Shown in pieces: positions 32,482 to 33,086 of a stretch of DNA of 33,086 bases. The stretch spans positions 1 to 33,086 of the forward strand of contig KZ539115.1 of assembly GCA_000934665.2 (NCBI GenBank), in the 5' to 3' direction. Source of the DNA: Catajapyx aquilonaris. Its lineage: Eukaryota. A program made the translations under genes and the position numbers. The notes beneath the pieces were generated by a model. The model saw nothing but the letters and a program-made list of their open reading frames with translations, did no database searches and had not been told where the DNA came from. Numbering within the stretch: position 1 is the first letter of the stretch; every line of letters begins with the position of its first letter.

Positions 32482-33086
32482 CGCTATGCACCTTGACAAA
32501 CACTGCGGAAATCATGTGACTTGTGTTCAAAAAATGGTATTCATCAGCCTGATTGGGTATAATAAGGTACCTTCAATTATTATCCGCCAGGCTGATGAAT
32601 ACAGGGGTATCGCTGCCGGGTAATCTGAAGGGGGTTCTAGGACTACAAAAGTGAGGTATTAATAGGTTTTTAAATGAACTACTGTACACATCACTGCTTT
32701 AAATTATGTTTAATCAAAATAATGAATCTTCAGAAAAAAAAAGTCTAATATTTATTTCTTTGCAATGATTTTTACCGACTTATTTATTTTACTATGTTTT
32801 TAACAATGCACGGATAATCGAGAGTACAGTGCATTAGACTATTAGAGCGTAACATGCAGTGAAATAGGTTTTTTTTGGTCCCGTATTAATCAGTCCGTTC
32901 CGCTGTCTTATCCGTGGTCCGTTCCTTTTTCCCACAAGCGTCAGTCCGAACACGCCCGACATCACAAAAATGGCCGCCAGATGGCTTGGCATAAAACATT
33001 AATTAAAAAACTTTAATATCGCCCCGTTTTAAAAATAATCCCGATTAGGCTGGATGGTGTTGATATTTAAGTTGTTAACGAGTCGA

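Overview
Eukaryotic genomic DNA, very probably from an arthropod. I reconstructed five gene models by hand from GT-AG sites and exon phases. (1) A complete 17-coding-exon SETDB1/eggless H3K9 methyltransferase (minus, 956-7189, 1426 aa as spliced). (2) A BC-box/leucine-rich-repeat protein with an intronless CDS and PRAME/ZYG11-like architecture (9961-11472). (3) A candidate chimeric gene (13917-16477) in which a 21-aa tandem-repeat exon, resembling the N-terminus of Helitron/Helentron Rep proteins, can splice in frame to an acidic exon with SUMO consensus sites and two C2H2 zinc fingers. (4) An LRRC20-like gene (minus, 17630-23644). (5) A four-exon Myb/SANT-like (MSANTD/Harbinger-type) gene with one frameshift, whose DNA-binding domain the ORF track misses (31502-32481). 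Introns and intergenic DNA hold many non-autonomous elements: hAT, PIF/Harbinger-like, pogo/Tigger-like and Sola1-like elements, two rolling-circle elements and a tRNA-derived SINE. There are also tandem repeats, a perfect 53-bp palindrome downstream of the SETDB1 stop and one 10-N assembly gap. All family assignments come from motif recognition; no database search was run.
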